In this document: piece by piece, positions 1 to 10,124 of the stretch
Layout of the letters: every line of letters starts with the position of its first letter
Position numbering within the stretch: position 1 is the stretch's first letter
Assembly: GCA_963839345.1 (NCBI GenBank)
Contig: CAWIUP010000003.1
Location: 448 to 64,447, forward strand
Length of the DNA stretch: 64,000 nucleotides
Source of the DNA: an uncultured Actinomycetota bacterium
GTDB taxonomy: Bacteria > Actinomycetota > Actinomycetes > Mycobacteriales > Mycobacteriaceae
Reading direction: 5' to 3'
The notes under the pieces: model-generated
Databases searched by the model: none
Seen by the model: only the letters and a program-made list of their open reading frames with translations
Told to the model about the DNA's origin: nothing
Translations under genes and position numbers: made by a program

Positions 1-1505
1 TCGAAGCAGTTGCCGCACGACAGGCAACGCCCCGCCTCGTAGATCGCCTCCTGCGCGGACAACCCGCCGACGACCTCCTCGAAACTCTCGACGCGCTTGT
101 CCGGTGCGAGTTCGGGCTGCCGACGTCGCGCGGCGTCACCGAAGAACCACAGATGCAGCGAGTCGAACGTCGCCGTCGGATGCTTCGCAGGACGTCCGCC
201 CGTCGTGTTGCCCAGCCACGCGTCGATGTGGTGGGCGGCTTTCTTCCCATGCCCGACGCCGACGGTGACGGTGCGCTCACTGGGCACCATGTCGCCGCCG
301 GCGAATACGCCCGGACAGCCGGTCATCAGTGATTCCGAGACGCGCACGCTGCCGTCGCGCTCGAACTCGACGCCGGGGAGTGTTCGCATGAACGCCGACT
401 CGGTTTCCTGGCCGAGCGCCATGATCACGGTGTCCGCAGCCAGCGTCTCAAAGCGTCCGGTCGGGTGTGGGTGACCAGAGTCGTCGAGTTCCATGACCTC
501 GACCTGCAATTCGGGACCCTCGAAGGCGCTGATCGTGCGCAGCCAATTGATGCGCACGCCTTCACGTTCGGCATCCTGCGCTTCCTCCTGGTGGGCGGGC
601 ATCTGTTCGCGAGTGCGCCGGTACACGATGACGGTGTCCTCGGCGCCGAGGCGGCGGGCCACGCGGGCGGCGTCCATCGCGGTGTTGCCGCCGCCATAGA
701 CGGCCACATGGCGCCCGATCTTCGGAGTTTCGCCGGAGGCGATACTGCGCAGAAAAGACACCGCGTCAATCATGGTGCCGGCGTCACGGGCGGGGATGTC
801 GACGCGCTTGGCCAGGTGCGCACCGACCGCGACGAACACCGCGTCGAAGCCGCCCTCGTCCCGCTCGGCCGCGAGGTCCTCGACCCGATGGTCGCAGGTC
901 AACTGCACGCCCATAGCCGCGATCCGGTTCAGCTCCGCATCGAGCACGTCGCGGGGGAGCCGGTAGTTCGGAATGCCGTACCGCATCATCCCGCCGGGCA
1001 CGGCGCCTGCGTCGCGGATCTCGACCTCGTGCCCCAGCCGTGCCAAATGGTAGGCGGCGGAAAGTCCGCTCGGCCCCGCGCCGATGACCAGGACTCGCTT
1101 ACCGCTGCGGGTGGATGGTGGTTCGAACATCCAGCCGCGCTCGCAAGCAAGGTCACCGAGAAACCGCTCCACCGAATGGATCGACACGGAGCTGTCGAGA
1201 TTGGCACGGTTGCAAACGGTTTCACACGGGTGATAGCACACCCGTCCGTGAATTCCGGCGAAGGGGTTGTCCTTGACAAGCTGACGCCAGGCCAGTTCGT
1301 GCCGGCCGGCGGTGGCGTGGGCAAGCCAGGCTTGGATGTTCTCTCCGGCGGGGCAACCGGCATTGCAGGGCGGCAGCAAATCGACGTAGACGGGCCGGTG
1401 CTCGCGCACCGGCCCGGCCCGGGACCGACCATGTAACAAGTCCGGAAGCGGCGTGAGATCGCCCCAAGATCCGGCTGCGGGCCGATGGAACGCGTCGCTG
1501 CTCAT
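1..1505 (-). CDS. NAD(P)/FAD-dependent Fe-S oxidoreductase, glutamate synthase small-subunit (GltD)-like; runs off the left edge
   Basis: Not in the ORF track because it has no stop in the window. Hand translation from ATG 1505 gives MSSDAFH...VDLLPPCNAGCPAGENIQAW, a VIGAGPSGL dinucleotide-binding motif, YGGGNTAMDAAR, and ...GRCLSCGNCF at the edge in the same frame. The start overlaps the ppsA stop (ATGA). Confidence 0.88.
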   Translation of the reverse strand, partial: MSSDAFHRPAAGSWGDLTPLPDLLHGRSRAGPVREHRPVYVDLLPPCNAGCPAGENIQAWLAHATAGRHELAWRQLVKDNPFAGIHGRVCYHPCETVCNRANLDSSVSIHSVERFLGDLACERGWMFEPPSTRSGKRVLVIGAGPSGLSAAYHLARLGHEVEIRDAGAVPGGMMRYGIPNYRLPRDVLDAELNRIAAMGVQLTCDHRVEDLAAERDEGGFDAVFVAVGAHLAKRVDIPARDAGTMIDAVSFLRSIASGETPKIGRHVAVYGGGNTAMDAARVARRLGAEDTVIVYRRTREQMPAHQEEAQDAEREGVRINWLRTISAFEGPELQVEVMELDDSGHPHPTGRFETLAADTVIMALGQETESAFMRTLPGVEFERDGSVRVSESLMTGCPGVFAGGDMVPSERTVTVGVGHGKKAAHHIDAWLGNTTGGRPAKHPTATFDSLHLWFFGDAARRRQPELAPDKRVESFEEVVGGLSAQEAIYEAGRCLSCGNCF

Positions 1506-3898
1506 TGAGCCGGCACGAGCTGTTTTTCCACCTCGAGGACTTGGCGGGTGGTCTTGATCACCGTGTCGGGGTTCAGGCTCATCGAGTCGATGCCGAGCCG
1601 GACCAGGAACTCGGCCATGTCCGGGTAGTCCGAAGGCGCTTGTCCGCACAGGCCCGAGTGAATCCCGTTGCGACGGCAGCCCTCGACGGCCAGGCGAATC
1701 ATCTCCTTGACGCCCTCGTCGCGTTCGTCGTAGTCGAAGGCCACGATCTCGCTGTCACGATCGACGCCGAGGGTGAGCTGAGTCAGGTCGTTGGAGCCGA
1801 TGGAGAAACCGTCGAATCGCTTGGCGAATTCATCGATCAGGATCACGTTGTTCGGGATCTCGCACATCGCGTAAACCTTGAGCTCGTTCTCGCCCCGGCG
1901 CAGACCGAGGTCGGCCATGGTCTGCAGGACGAGGTCCGCCTCGGCGATTCGACGCACGAACGGGAGCATCAGAATCACGTTCGTCAGGCCCATCTGTTCG
2001 CGCACACGTCGCATCGCTCGGCACTCGAGCGCGAAACCTTCGGCGTAGGCGGGATGCGCGTAGCGCGAGGCTCCGCGGAACCCGATCATCGGGTTGCTCT
2101 CCGATGGCTCGAAGGCTGCTCCGCCGATCAGGCTGGCGTACTCGTTGGTTTTGAAGTCCGACATCCGCACCACGACGGGCTTGGGCCAGAAGGCGGCGGC
2201 GATGGTGCCGATCCCTTCGGAAAGGCGTTCCACGAAGAAGGCGCTCCCGTCGGCATAGGCCTGCGTGAGCCGATCGATCGTCCCGCGCGCCTCGGGGTCG
2301 TCGACCTTCTCGGGGTGCAGCAGGGCCAACGGGTGGACCCGGATGTACTCGCTGATGATGAACTCCATCCGAGCGAGTCCCACGCCGTCGTTAGGCAGGA
2401 ACGACGTCTTGAAGGCGAGGTCGGGGTTCCCGAGGTTGAGCATGATCTGGGTTCGCGGCCGCGCCAGATCCGCCACCTCGGTGCGGTCCACGTGGAAACC
2501 CAATTCGCCCCGGTACACGCGGCCCGAATCGCCCTCGGCACACGACACTGTCACAACTTCGCCATCGGGCACGCGGGTGGTCGCGTCGCCGGTGCCGACC
2601 ACGGCGGGGATGCCGAGTTCGCGGGCGATGATCGAGGCGTGACAGGTGCGACCGCCGCGGTTGGTGACGATCGCTGCGGCGGTCTTCATGACCGGCTCCC
2701 AGTCGGGCGTAGTGGTGTCGGCGACAAGTACCTGACCGGGCTCGAATTCGTCCAGCTGCGTGAGTTTCTCGATCCGTTTGACCGCACCCGAGGCGATCTT
2801 CTCGCCGACCGAGCGCCCCTCGGTGAGTACTTCGCCGCGGCCCTCGAGCACATAGGACTCCAGCGCCGTCGCGCTGTGCTGGGAGGCCACTGTCTCGGGG
2901 CGAGCCTGGACGATGTAGAGCTTTCCGTCCAGACCGTCCTTGGCCCACTCCATGTCCATCGGCCGCCCGTAGTGCGCCTCGATCGTGCACGCATAGCCGG
3001 CCAGCTCCAGTACGTCCTCATCGGTGAGACAGAACCGGGCACGGTCGGACTTCGGTGTGGGGATGTTTCGCGTCGTGTTCTTGGTCTCGCCTTCGACGAG
3101 GATCATCTTCACTGCCTTGTCGCCGATGAGGCGGCGCAACACGGCGCGGTGCCCGGCGAGGTAGGTCGGCTTGTGGACATAGAACTCGTCTGGGTCGACA
3201 GCACCCTGAACCACATTCTCGCCAAGGCCGTAGGCGCCCGTCACGAAAACTGCATCGCGAAAGCCCGACTCGGTGTCGATGGAGAACATCACACCCGACG
3301 AAGAAATGTCGGAGCGCACCATCTTCATCACGCCGATCGACAGCGAGACCTTGAAGTGGCCGAACCCCTGGTCGATTCGGTAATGAATGGCGCGATCAGT
3401 GAACAAGCTGGCGAAACAACGGCGGCACGCGTCGAGCAGACTCTCTTCGCCTTTGATGTTGAGATACGAATCCTGCTGGCCGGCGAAGCTCGCCGTCGGC
3501 AGGTCCTCGGCGGTAGCCGAACTCCGCACAGCGAGACTTACCTCCTCGCCGTACTCCTCCTGAAGCTTGCGGTACGCATCCAGAATCTCGGCGGCCAGGT
3601 CGTCGGGCAGGCCGGCGCCGTAGACGATCTCACGGGCGCGCTTGCCTTTACGCGCCAGCGCGGCGACGTCGGCGGGGTCGACCTCGTCGAGCTCGGCATG
3701 CAGACGGTCCCACGCGCCGGCCTCGTCCAACATGTGGCGATAGGCCTGGGCGGTGATGGCGAAGCCGTGGGGCACGCGGACGCCCTGACTCGACAACTTC
3801 TGGAACATCTCGCCTAGCGACGCGTTCTTTCCGCCGACGAGTGGCACGTCCTCGATGCCGAACTCCTCAAAAAAGCGAACGTACTCGGATGTGCTCAT
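1502..3898 (-). CDS. ppsA: Phosphoenolpyruvate synthase (pyruvate, water dikinase)
   Basis: Motifs VGGKNASLGEM, AVRSSATAEDLP-ASFAGQQ, GGRTCHASIIARELG (phospho-His), GFSIGSNDLTQLTLG and GLCGQAPSD. Start placed at ATG 3898 (MSTSEY) with a GGAGG RBS, rather than the track's 4270. Confidence 0.96.
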   Translation of the reverse strand: MSTSEYVRFFEEFGIEDVPLVGGKNASLGEMFQKLSSQGVRVPHGFAITAQAYRHMLDEAGAWDRLHAELDEVDPADVAALARKGKRAREIVYGAGLPDDLAAEILDAYRKLQEEYGEEVSLAVRSSATAEDLPTASFAGQQDSYLNIKGEESLLDACRRCFASLFTDRAIHYRIDQGFGHFKVSLSIGVMKMVRSDISSSGVMFSIDTESGFRDAVFVTGAYGLGENVVQGAVDPDEFYVHKPTYLAGHRAVLRRLIGDKAVKMILVEGETKNTTRNIPTPKSDRARFCLTDEDVLELAGYACTIEAHYGRPMDMEWAKDGLDGKLYIVQARPETVASQHSATALESYVLEGRGEVLTEGRSVGEKIASGAVKRIEKLTQLDEFEPGQVLVADTTTPDWEPVMKTAAAIVTNRGGRTCHASIIARELGIPAVVGTGDATTRVPDGEVVTVSCAEGDSGRVYRGELGFHVDRTEVADLARPRTQIMLNLGNPDLAFKTSFLPNDGVGLARMEFIISEYIRVHPLALLHPEKVDDPEARGTIDRLTQAYADGSAFFVERLSEGIGTIAAAFWPKPVVVRMSDFKTNEYASLIGGAAFEPSESNPMIGFRGASRYAHPAYAEGFALECRAMRRVREQMGLTNVILMLPFVRRIAEADLVLQTMADLGLRRGENELKVYAMCEIPNNVILIDEFAKRFDGFSIGSNDLTQLTLGVDRDSEIVAFDYDERDEGVKEMIRLAVEGCRRNGIHSGLCGQAPSDYPDMAEFLVRLGIDSMSLNPDTVIKTTRQVLEVEKQLVPAQ

Positions 3899-4080
3899 GA
3901 CCTGTCCTCCCGTAGCGTCGCAGGCAACGATCGATTTGCTCGGTTTGCTCGTTTTGTGGCGTTCGTCGTGGAGCGCGCTCGCCGCTCGGGTACACGCCTC
4001 ATCGGGTCGAGCACTCCGGTGGCTGCGTTCACCTGCGATAGCGCCACAATCGCCAACCTCCCACAGCGGCGCACTCGGTA

Positions 4081-4100
4081 CCAGGGCCGAAGGTCCTTGG
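4081..4100. promoter_or_regulatory. DosR/DevR-box-like palindrome CCAGGGCCGAAGGTCCTTGG upstream of ppsA
   Basis: Resembles the DosR consensus TTSGGGACTWWAGTCCCSAA, lies about 180 bp upstream of the ppsA start, and sits among DosR-regulon-type genes. Confidence 0.6.
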
Positions 4101-4125
4101 AATTTGGGCGGGCGTACTTCTGTGG

Positions 4126-5337
4126 TCAATTGGCTGCCGCAGTGCTGGATTTGGCGCGAATCCAAGCAGCGATGGTGAGAGTGAGCAGAAGTGCTGCAAA
4201 GAAGCCACCGACGACTCCTGAGATCAGTAGCGGGAGTTGACCATTGGCCCCCCAGAGCAGACCGGCCCACAGACCTGCCGACAAAACCGCGAAGCCGGTC
4301 GTGCCCTGAAATATGCCTTGCGCACTCGACTGCAGCTCAGCCGGAACGAGTCCGGAGATCCATGCCTTTCCGACGCCGTCGGTGCACGCGGTGAACAGTC
4401 CATACAGCCCAAGGATGAGCCACGCCACGACCTTGTCGGTGGTGAGTCCGAGCCCTAGGTAACCGACCGCGAAAAAGGCCACGCCTATCCCGAACACCGC
4501 AGGTCTCGGGATGCGGTCAGCGAGGGCTCCGGCCGGGTAGCTGCTTAAGGCGTAAACCAAGTTGTATCCCACGTAGGCGAGTATCACTTCGGCCACTGAG
4601 AATCTGATTTCCCCGAGGCGCAACAGGATTAGGGCATCAGGAAAGTTGACGACGCCGAAAGCTGTCAGGAACACGACCGCACGCCAATACCGGCCCGGCA
4701 GTTCACGCAGGGACGCCGCCACCGGTCGTCGGTGCGCACGCTCTACCGGCCTGGGACGTTCCCGCACCAAAGCGACCAAGGCCACACTCAATACCGCAGG
4801 AATGATCGCGACATACAGCAACGGCGAAATCTTATGGTCGAGCAACTCATACCCGGCAAGCCCGATCAGCGGTCCGACGACGGCGCCGAGTGTGTCCATG
4901 GTGCGGTGAAACCCGAAGACGCGTCCGCGACTGGCTTCGTCGATTCCGGCTACCAATAGTGCATCGCGCGGCGCGCCCCGAACACCTTTGCCAACACGAT
5001 CGACCACGCGTCCCGTCAGCACCCCGGGCCACGTCCCGGCGACGGCAACAATGACCTTCCCGAGCGCGGCCATGCCATAGCCCGCCGCAATCAAAGGACG
5101 CCGTGCATACCTGTCCCCGAGTGGCCCGGCCGTCAATTTTGACAGCGACGCCGCCCCCTCAGCAGCCCCTTCGACGGCTCCTACCACGGCCGGCGGCGCA
5201 CCAAGGACTGCGGTGAGGTAGATCGGTAACAGCGGATACAGCAATTCGCTGGCGGCATCCTGAAGGAACGAAACAGCCGATAACACCCACACATTGCGGG
5301 TCAACCAGGCGCTGTTGCCAGCCGCAGGAACGATCAT
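4126..5337 (-). CDS. MFS transporter
   Basis: 403 aa with about 12 hydrophobic segments, an MFS loop motif (GPLGDRYARRP) and DRVGKGVRGAPRDAL. Confidence 0.92.
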   Translation of the reverse strand: MIVPAAGNSAWLTRNVWVLSAVSFLQDAASELLYPLLPIYLTAVLGAPPAVVGAVEGAAEGAASLSKLTAGPLGDRYARRPLIAAGYGMAALGKVIVAVAGTWPGVLTGRVVDRVGKGVRGAPRDALLVAGIDEASRGRVFGFHRTMDTLGAVVGPLIGLAGYELLDHKISPLLYVAIIPAVLSVALVALVRERPRPVERAHRRPVAASLRELPGRYWRAVVFLTAFGVVNFPDALILLRLGEIRFSVAEVILAYVGYNLVYALSSYPAGALADRIPRPAVFGIGVAFFAVGYLGLGLTTDKVVAWLILGLYGLFTACTDGVGKAWISGLVPAELQSSAQGIFQGTTGFAVLSAGLWAGLLWGANGQLPLLISGVVGGFFAALLLTLTIAAWIRAKSSTAAAN

Positions 5338-5434
5338 CGTCGACGTAGCCGTTCACCGCGGCCGGGCATCAGAACCACCGACCTGCCTGCTGAGGCACTC
5401 GGTGGTGGCACGAAGCAACACTAACCAGACACGG

Positions 5435-8400
5435 TCAGCCGGGAAATCGGACCGTGGTCCCGGGCATCAGTCGAACGACTCGACCACGGCATTCCACTTC
5501 GACTCCGGCAGCATCGCGTGGATCCATACTGATGATCACGCCTTTTCCGCTGACCCGCAGGTGCAGATGCAGACCGCGGTAGTGGATCGGGAATGCCAGC
5601 ACGCCCAGTGTTTCCGGCCAGTGCGGGGAGAGGATGATGCGATTCGACCTGGTCTCCATCCCGGTGAAACATCGCTGCATGAGATCGACGCTGCCGACCA
5701 TGGCCGCCAGATGAATGCCTTCGGACGTGGTGCCGCCCTGGATGTCTGAGACATCGGATTTGAGAACCTGTTGGAAGAACTCCAATGCGCGATCACGGTT
5801 GGCCCGGGCGAGAACCCAGGTATGCACCACGCCGCTGAGCGTCGACCCGTGCGAGGTGCGCGCCAGGTAATACTCGACGGTCATCGGAATCTGATCGGGC
5901 GTGAACCGGTAGCCGAGCCGGTCGAGCAACTCACGCAACTCATCCGACGACATCAGGTAGAGCAGCATCAGCACGTCGGCCTGCTTGGAAGCCTTGTACC
6001 GATTCACATCGTCGTTCTCCGCCTCGAGGATGCGGTCCAGGCGTTGGATATTGCCGTACTGCCGCCGGTAACCGTCCCAGTCCAGTTCCTCCAACTCGCC
6101 GTATCCCTCGAACTGGCTGATGACGCCGTCGTGGAACGGGACGTACATCCGTCGACTTACCTCTTCCCAATGCGCCAGTTCGTCAGCGTGCAGTCCGAAC
6201 GTCTCCCTTAGGTCGAGTCGGTTCGGCAGCGGCAGCAGTTTCAGTGCGTCGAGAGCCCGCATGATCACCCAGACCGCCATCACGTTGGTGTACGCGTTGT
6301 TGTCGATGCCGTCGTATGGCGCGTCGGGGTAGCCCGAGTGGAATTCATCGGGCCCGATAACGCCCCGGATGCTGTAGCGTTCCCGTTCCTGGTCGTAGGT
6401 GGCCCGACTTACCCAGAAGCGTGCGATCTCGGCCAGCATCTCCGCGCCATAGTCGATCAGGTAGGCGAGATCCCCGGTCACCTGATAGAACTTCCACGCG
6501 CTATAGGCGACGGCGATGCCGATGTGGTGCGCACGAGCGCTCGAGTCGGGGTTCCACCGGCCGCTGCGCGGATTGAGGTGCAGGCGTTGGCTTTCCTCGC
6601 GTCCGTCGCTGCCGGATTGCCACGGGAACATCGCACCGGAATAGCCGGCCGCTTGGGCGGCGTGACGTGCCTCGGGCAGGCGCCGGTAGCGGTATCCAAG
6701 CAGCGACCGGGTGATCGTCGGCATTCGTAAGTTGAGCACCGGGTAGATGAACAGTTCGTCCCAGAAGATGTGCCCACGATATGCCTCACCGTGCAGTCCG
6801 CGAGCCGGTACCCCGACATCGAGGTCGGAACTGTTGAGTGAAACCGTCTGCAGCAGGTGCAGGAGATGCAGTCGCAGGATGCGCAATTCATCTGTGAAAT
6901 CTTCGAATTCAATGGACAGGCGCTCCCATAGATGCGCCCATTCAGTGACGTGCCCGTCGCGCAACTCGGCGAAGTGGCCGAGTCGGCTCAGCCAGCGCTG
7001 GGCATCGACAGCGGGTTCGGATGTCGCGACATCGCGCCCGGTGAACAGGGTCACGACCTTCTCTACCGTCAAAGCATCACCGACTGACAGCTCGACGGCG
7101 ATATCGTGCCCGATTTCTGCTGCCTCGTCGACAAAGTGGTAGGTGGCCGGCACGGGAGTCCCGTCACGCCACACGACGCTGCGCGCCGCCATCGCGATGG
7201 GAATGCGCGATTGGGTCGTCTGAACTGTCAGGAGCACAGAGTGTTCATCGATCTCCCGCTTGCCCATCAACTCAAGATGATCGTTGGCCAAATCCCGGTA
7301 CCGCTCGACGAGCGAGTTCGTGACGTTGCCGTCCAGTGTCGAGCGAACCTCGATTGTCCCGGACCAGTCCTCGGCGACGATCGTCGTCTGAAGGGCACCG
7401 ACGTGGGACATGTGCATCGCGACGAATCGTTGCTGTGTCAGCGAACTGGTGCGTCCGGCGTCGTCACAGAAGCGCACCTCCCTCGTCAGTACCGCGCCGC
7501 GAAGATCGAGGGTCTGCCGGTAGGACAGCACCTCGACCGCGTCGATGTCGAACCAGCTGCCGCCGTCGACCCGGAAGGTCAGGGCAAGCCAGTTAGGCAG
7601 GTTGACCAAACTCTCGTTGTCGATTTTGGTACCCGATAGGTCGTCGACGAGACGGTTGTAAACGCCGGCGGCATAGGTGCCCGGATAGTGCACCTGGTCG
7701 GCCTTCGATTCGGGCGCGGCGCCCCGGGTTGCGAAGTAGCCATTTCCCAACGTACACAACGACTCACGAAGCTTCTCGTTCTGCGGGTCATACCCCTCAA
7801 AGGTGAAATCCCAAGCCTTGGCGGACGTCTGGTGTTTGTTCGCCAGCCACGCTGACCCTCGCTGGAGGAACTCTCGCACCTGATCGGGACCCTGCAGGGC
7901 GAAACGGGCGGCCGTCTTGCGGTCGCCATCCTCGTCGTGTCGCACGGCAATCCCGATGCCGTCGAATGCGACTGCGTCGAAAGCGTCTTCGTCGGTGAGG
8001 TCGTCACCGATGTAGATCGGCAGCAGCGAACCTGTAGCGTCGATGCGATCATGAATCCAGGCCAGCGTGGTTCCTTTGTCCCAGTCGATGTCAGGCCGCA
8101 GCTCGACGAGCATGCGCCCGTTCGTCACGCGTAGGCCATCTCGCTGTGCGAGCTTGTGTGTGGCAGAGACGATCTCGCCGATGCGTTCCGGTGCGACCTG
8201 GCGGTAGTGAACCGCGACGGCGAAGCGCTTGTGTTCCAGGCGCACTCCGGGAATCTCCGCCAGGCTCCCGCCTAACTCGGCCGCCGCACGCTCCAGGACA
8301 CCGACGGCAGCGGCGGCCGCTTCGTTTTGGTGATAGCTGCCGTCCGGTCCTGTCAGTTCAAAGCCGTGGCTGCCGGCGTACCAGATACCCGGTAGCGATA

Positions 8401-9088
8401 CCCGGGTGCGGATATCGGCCAGGTCGCGACCGCTCAGTATCGCGACGGCGCATTGCGACGCCAAGCTTTCCAGCGCCTGGTGCGCTCCGTCGACGAGCGC
8501 GGCGGAGCCGGGATCGGCAACGATCGGGGACAAAGTTCCGTCGTAATCGAGAAACAACACCGGTTCTCGGGCGCCCAGCACACCGACTATCTGACCGTAT
8601 GACTCCACCGCATCTGGAAGCTCCGACATCCGCCGGTGACCTGAGCGCACAGCGACCTCGTCCAGGTCCGCAACCACGGCATCGGCGCCGCACCTCAGCA
8701 GTCGGTCGGCATGCCCGGCGCGGTCGACACCGATGACAAGTGCGAATCCGCCTTCTTGGGCGGCCGCTACCCCGGCACCGGCGCCGTCGACGACGACGGA
8801 CCGTTGCGGATGCACACCAAGTCGGCGGGTGGCTTCGATGAGGGCCGCGGCCGGGACGCCATCGACACAGACGCCGAAAATGTCTCCGATCCCCGCGGAT
8901 TTCAAGAGTTGTTGACCGCCCGGGCCCAACGAGTAGACCGCGGTGGCGACTCCGACGTCCCGCAACTTCCGCACCAGGTTGATCGTCGACTCGAACACCG
9001 GAACACCATCGGTGTCGGTCAACACAGCGTCGAGGTTGAATATCACGGCGTCGTAGTAGCGTGGGTCGACAATGACCGGCAGCGTCAT
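5435..9088 (-). CDS. otsB1: OtsB1 (Rv2006)-like fusion: HAD/trehalose-6-phosphate phosphatase plus GH65 glycoside hydrolase/phosphorylase
   Basis: FLDYDGTL, IGDDLTDEDAF (trehalose phosphatase); ESLCTLGNGYFATRG, YRGHIFWDE, GPDEFH, KQADVLML (GH65). Start ATG 9088 overlaps the pfkB stop. Confidence 0.9.
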   Translation of the reverse strand: MTLPVIVDPRYYDAVIFNLDAVLTDTDGVPVFESTINLVRKLRDVGVATAVYSLGPGGQQLLKSAGIGDIFGVCVDGVPAAALIEATRRLGVHPQRSVVVDGAGAGVAAAQEGGFALVIGVDRAGHADRLLRCGADAVVADLDEVAVRSGHRRMSELPDAVESYGQIVGVLGAREPVLFLDYDGTLSPIVADPGSAALVDGAHQALESLASQCAVAILSGRDLADIRTRVSLPGIWYAGSHGFELTGPDGSYHQNEAAAAAVGVLERAAAELGGSLAEIPGVRLEHKRFAVAVHYRQVAPERIGEIVSATHKLAQRDGLRVTNGRMLVELRPDIDWDKGTTLAWIHDRIDATGSLLPIYIGDDLTDEDAFDAVAFDGIGIAVRHDEDGDRKTAARFALQGPDQVREFLQRGSAWLANKHQTSAKAWDFTFEGYDPQNEKLRESLCTLGNGYFATRGAAPESKADQVHYPGTYAAGVYNRLVDDLSGTKIDNESLVNLPNWLALTFRVDGGSWFDIDAVEVLSYRQTLDLRGAVLTREVRFCDDAGRTSSLTQQRFVAMHMSHVGALQTTIVAEDWSGTIEVRSTLDGNVTNSLVERYRDLANDHLELMGKREIDEHSVLLTVQTTQSRIPIAMAARSVVWRDGTPVPATYHFVDEAAEIGHDIAVELSVGDALTVEKVVTLFTGRDVATSEPAVDAQRWLSRLGHFAELRDGHVTEWAHLWERLSIEFEDFTDELRILRLHLLHLLQTVSLNSSDLDVGVPARGLHGEAYRGHIFWDELFIYPVLNLRMPTITRSLLGYRYRRLPEARHAAQAAGYSGAMFPWQSGSDGREESQRLHLNPRSGRWNPDSSARAHHIGIAVAYSAWKFYQVTGDLAYLIDYGAEMLAEIARFWVSRATYDQERERYSIRGVIGPDEFHSGYPDAPYDGIDNNAYTNVMAVWVIMRALDALKLLPLPNRLDLRETFGLHADELAHWEEVSRRMYVPFHDGVISQFEGYGELEELDWDGYRRQYGNIQRLDRILEAENDDVNRYKASKQADVLMLLYLMSSDELRELLDRLGYRFTPDQIPMTVEYYLARTSHGSTLSGVVHTWVLARANRDRALEFFQQVLKSDVSDIQGGTTSEGIHLAAMVGSVDLMQRCFTGMETRSNRIILSPHWPETLGVLAFPIHYRGLHLHLRVSGKGVIISMDPRDAAGVEVECRGRVVRLMPGTTVRFPG

Positions 9089-10119
9089 GGCGATGCCCCT
9101 GGTCGAGCGGACAACCATTGGTCTGCAGGTCGCCGCTCCCCGTCGTTGCGCCTCGGACCGTCGATGTTTATGGGGTCGGCGACCATCTCGAAAAGCCGCT
9201 CGACATCTCCACGGGTGCAGGGCGCGGTGCCGGGAGTCAGCAGCATGGCCGCACCGGCGGCCATGCCCAGCCGCGCCGCCTTGTGGAGTGGCCAGCCGCG
9301 GCTAAGGCCCACGGTGATGCCGGCGACCATGGCGTCGCCGGCGCCCACGCCGCTACCCGGAGGCACCATTACAGGCGAATAACGTTGGCTTCCATGGGGT
9401 GTAGCAAGCAGAGCGCCCTCAGACCCGAGTGACACGATGACGAACTGAGCACAGCCGCGGTCGACGAGTTCGTGAGCTGCGGCGAGTTGCTCTGACTCGC
9501 TGATGAGTTCCCGTCCGACACATTCGCGTAGTTCTCGCACGCTCGGCTTGAGCATAAATACGCCGGAGGAGATATGTCGCAGTCCCGCCCCGGAGGTGTC
9601 GAGAATCAGCAGCGCACCGCGCTCGCGACAGATGTCGGCGACCCGCTGATAGAAGTCATTGGGAACGCCGGGCGGCAGGCTGCCGCTCGCCACGACGAAG
9701 TCTGCGGATCCTGCCGCGGCGCTGAGCGTGTCGAGGCACTCGGTCTGCTCGGCATCGGTGAGCCGCGGACCTGGGAGCACGAACCGGTACTGCTGCCCGG
9801 TCCTGCACTCGTCCACGGTGAAGCTTTCCCTGGTGGAGTGAGCCACGGTGATCCGCTGCACCGGAACCCCCGAGTCAGCGACAAGATCGGTCACCTTCTC
9901 GCCCGTGTGGCCGCCCGCCGGAAAGATCGCCGATACCGGCGCGCCGAGCACGTGGGCGATTCGCGCGACGTTGATTCCACCGCCGCCGGGATCGTAACGG
10001 GGCAGCCCGCATCGCAATTTATCGGTGGGCATGACCCGATCGGTGTCCGTGGTGATGTCGAGCGCCGGATTCATCGTCAGGGTCACAATCGTGGCTCCCG
10101 ACTTGGTCGGTGATTTCAT
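9085..10119 (-). CDS. pfkB: 1-phosphofructokinase-family hexose kinase (PfkB, Rv2029c-like)
   Basis: TLTMNPALD, PGGGGINVAR, SGSLPPG, KPSVREL and GVGAGDAMVAG. Start placed at ATG 10119. Confidence 0.93.
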   Translation of the reverse strand: MKSPTKSGATIVTLTMNPALDITTDTDRVMPTDKLRCGLPRYDPGGGGINVARIAHVLGAPVSAIFPAGGHTGEKVTDLVADSGVPVQRITVAHSTRESFTVDECRTGQQYRFVLPGPRLTDAEQTECLDTLSAAAGSADFVVASGSLPPGVPNDFYQRVADICRERGALLILDTSGAGLRHISSGVFMLKPSVRELRECVGRELISESEQLAAAHELVDRGCAQFVIVSLGSEGALLATPHGSQRYSPVMVPPGSGVGAGDAMVAGITVGLSRGWPLHKAARLGMAAGAAMLLTPGTAPCTRGDVERLFEMVADPINIDGPRRNDGERRPADQWLSARPGASP

Positions 10120-10124
10120 GTCCG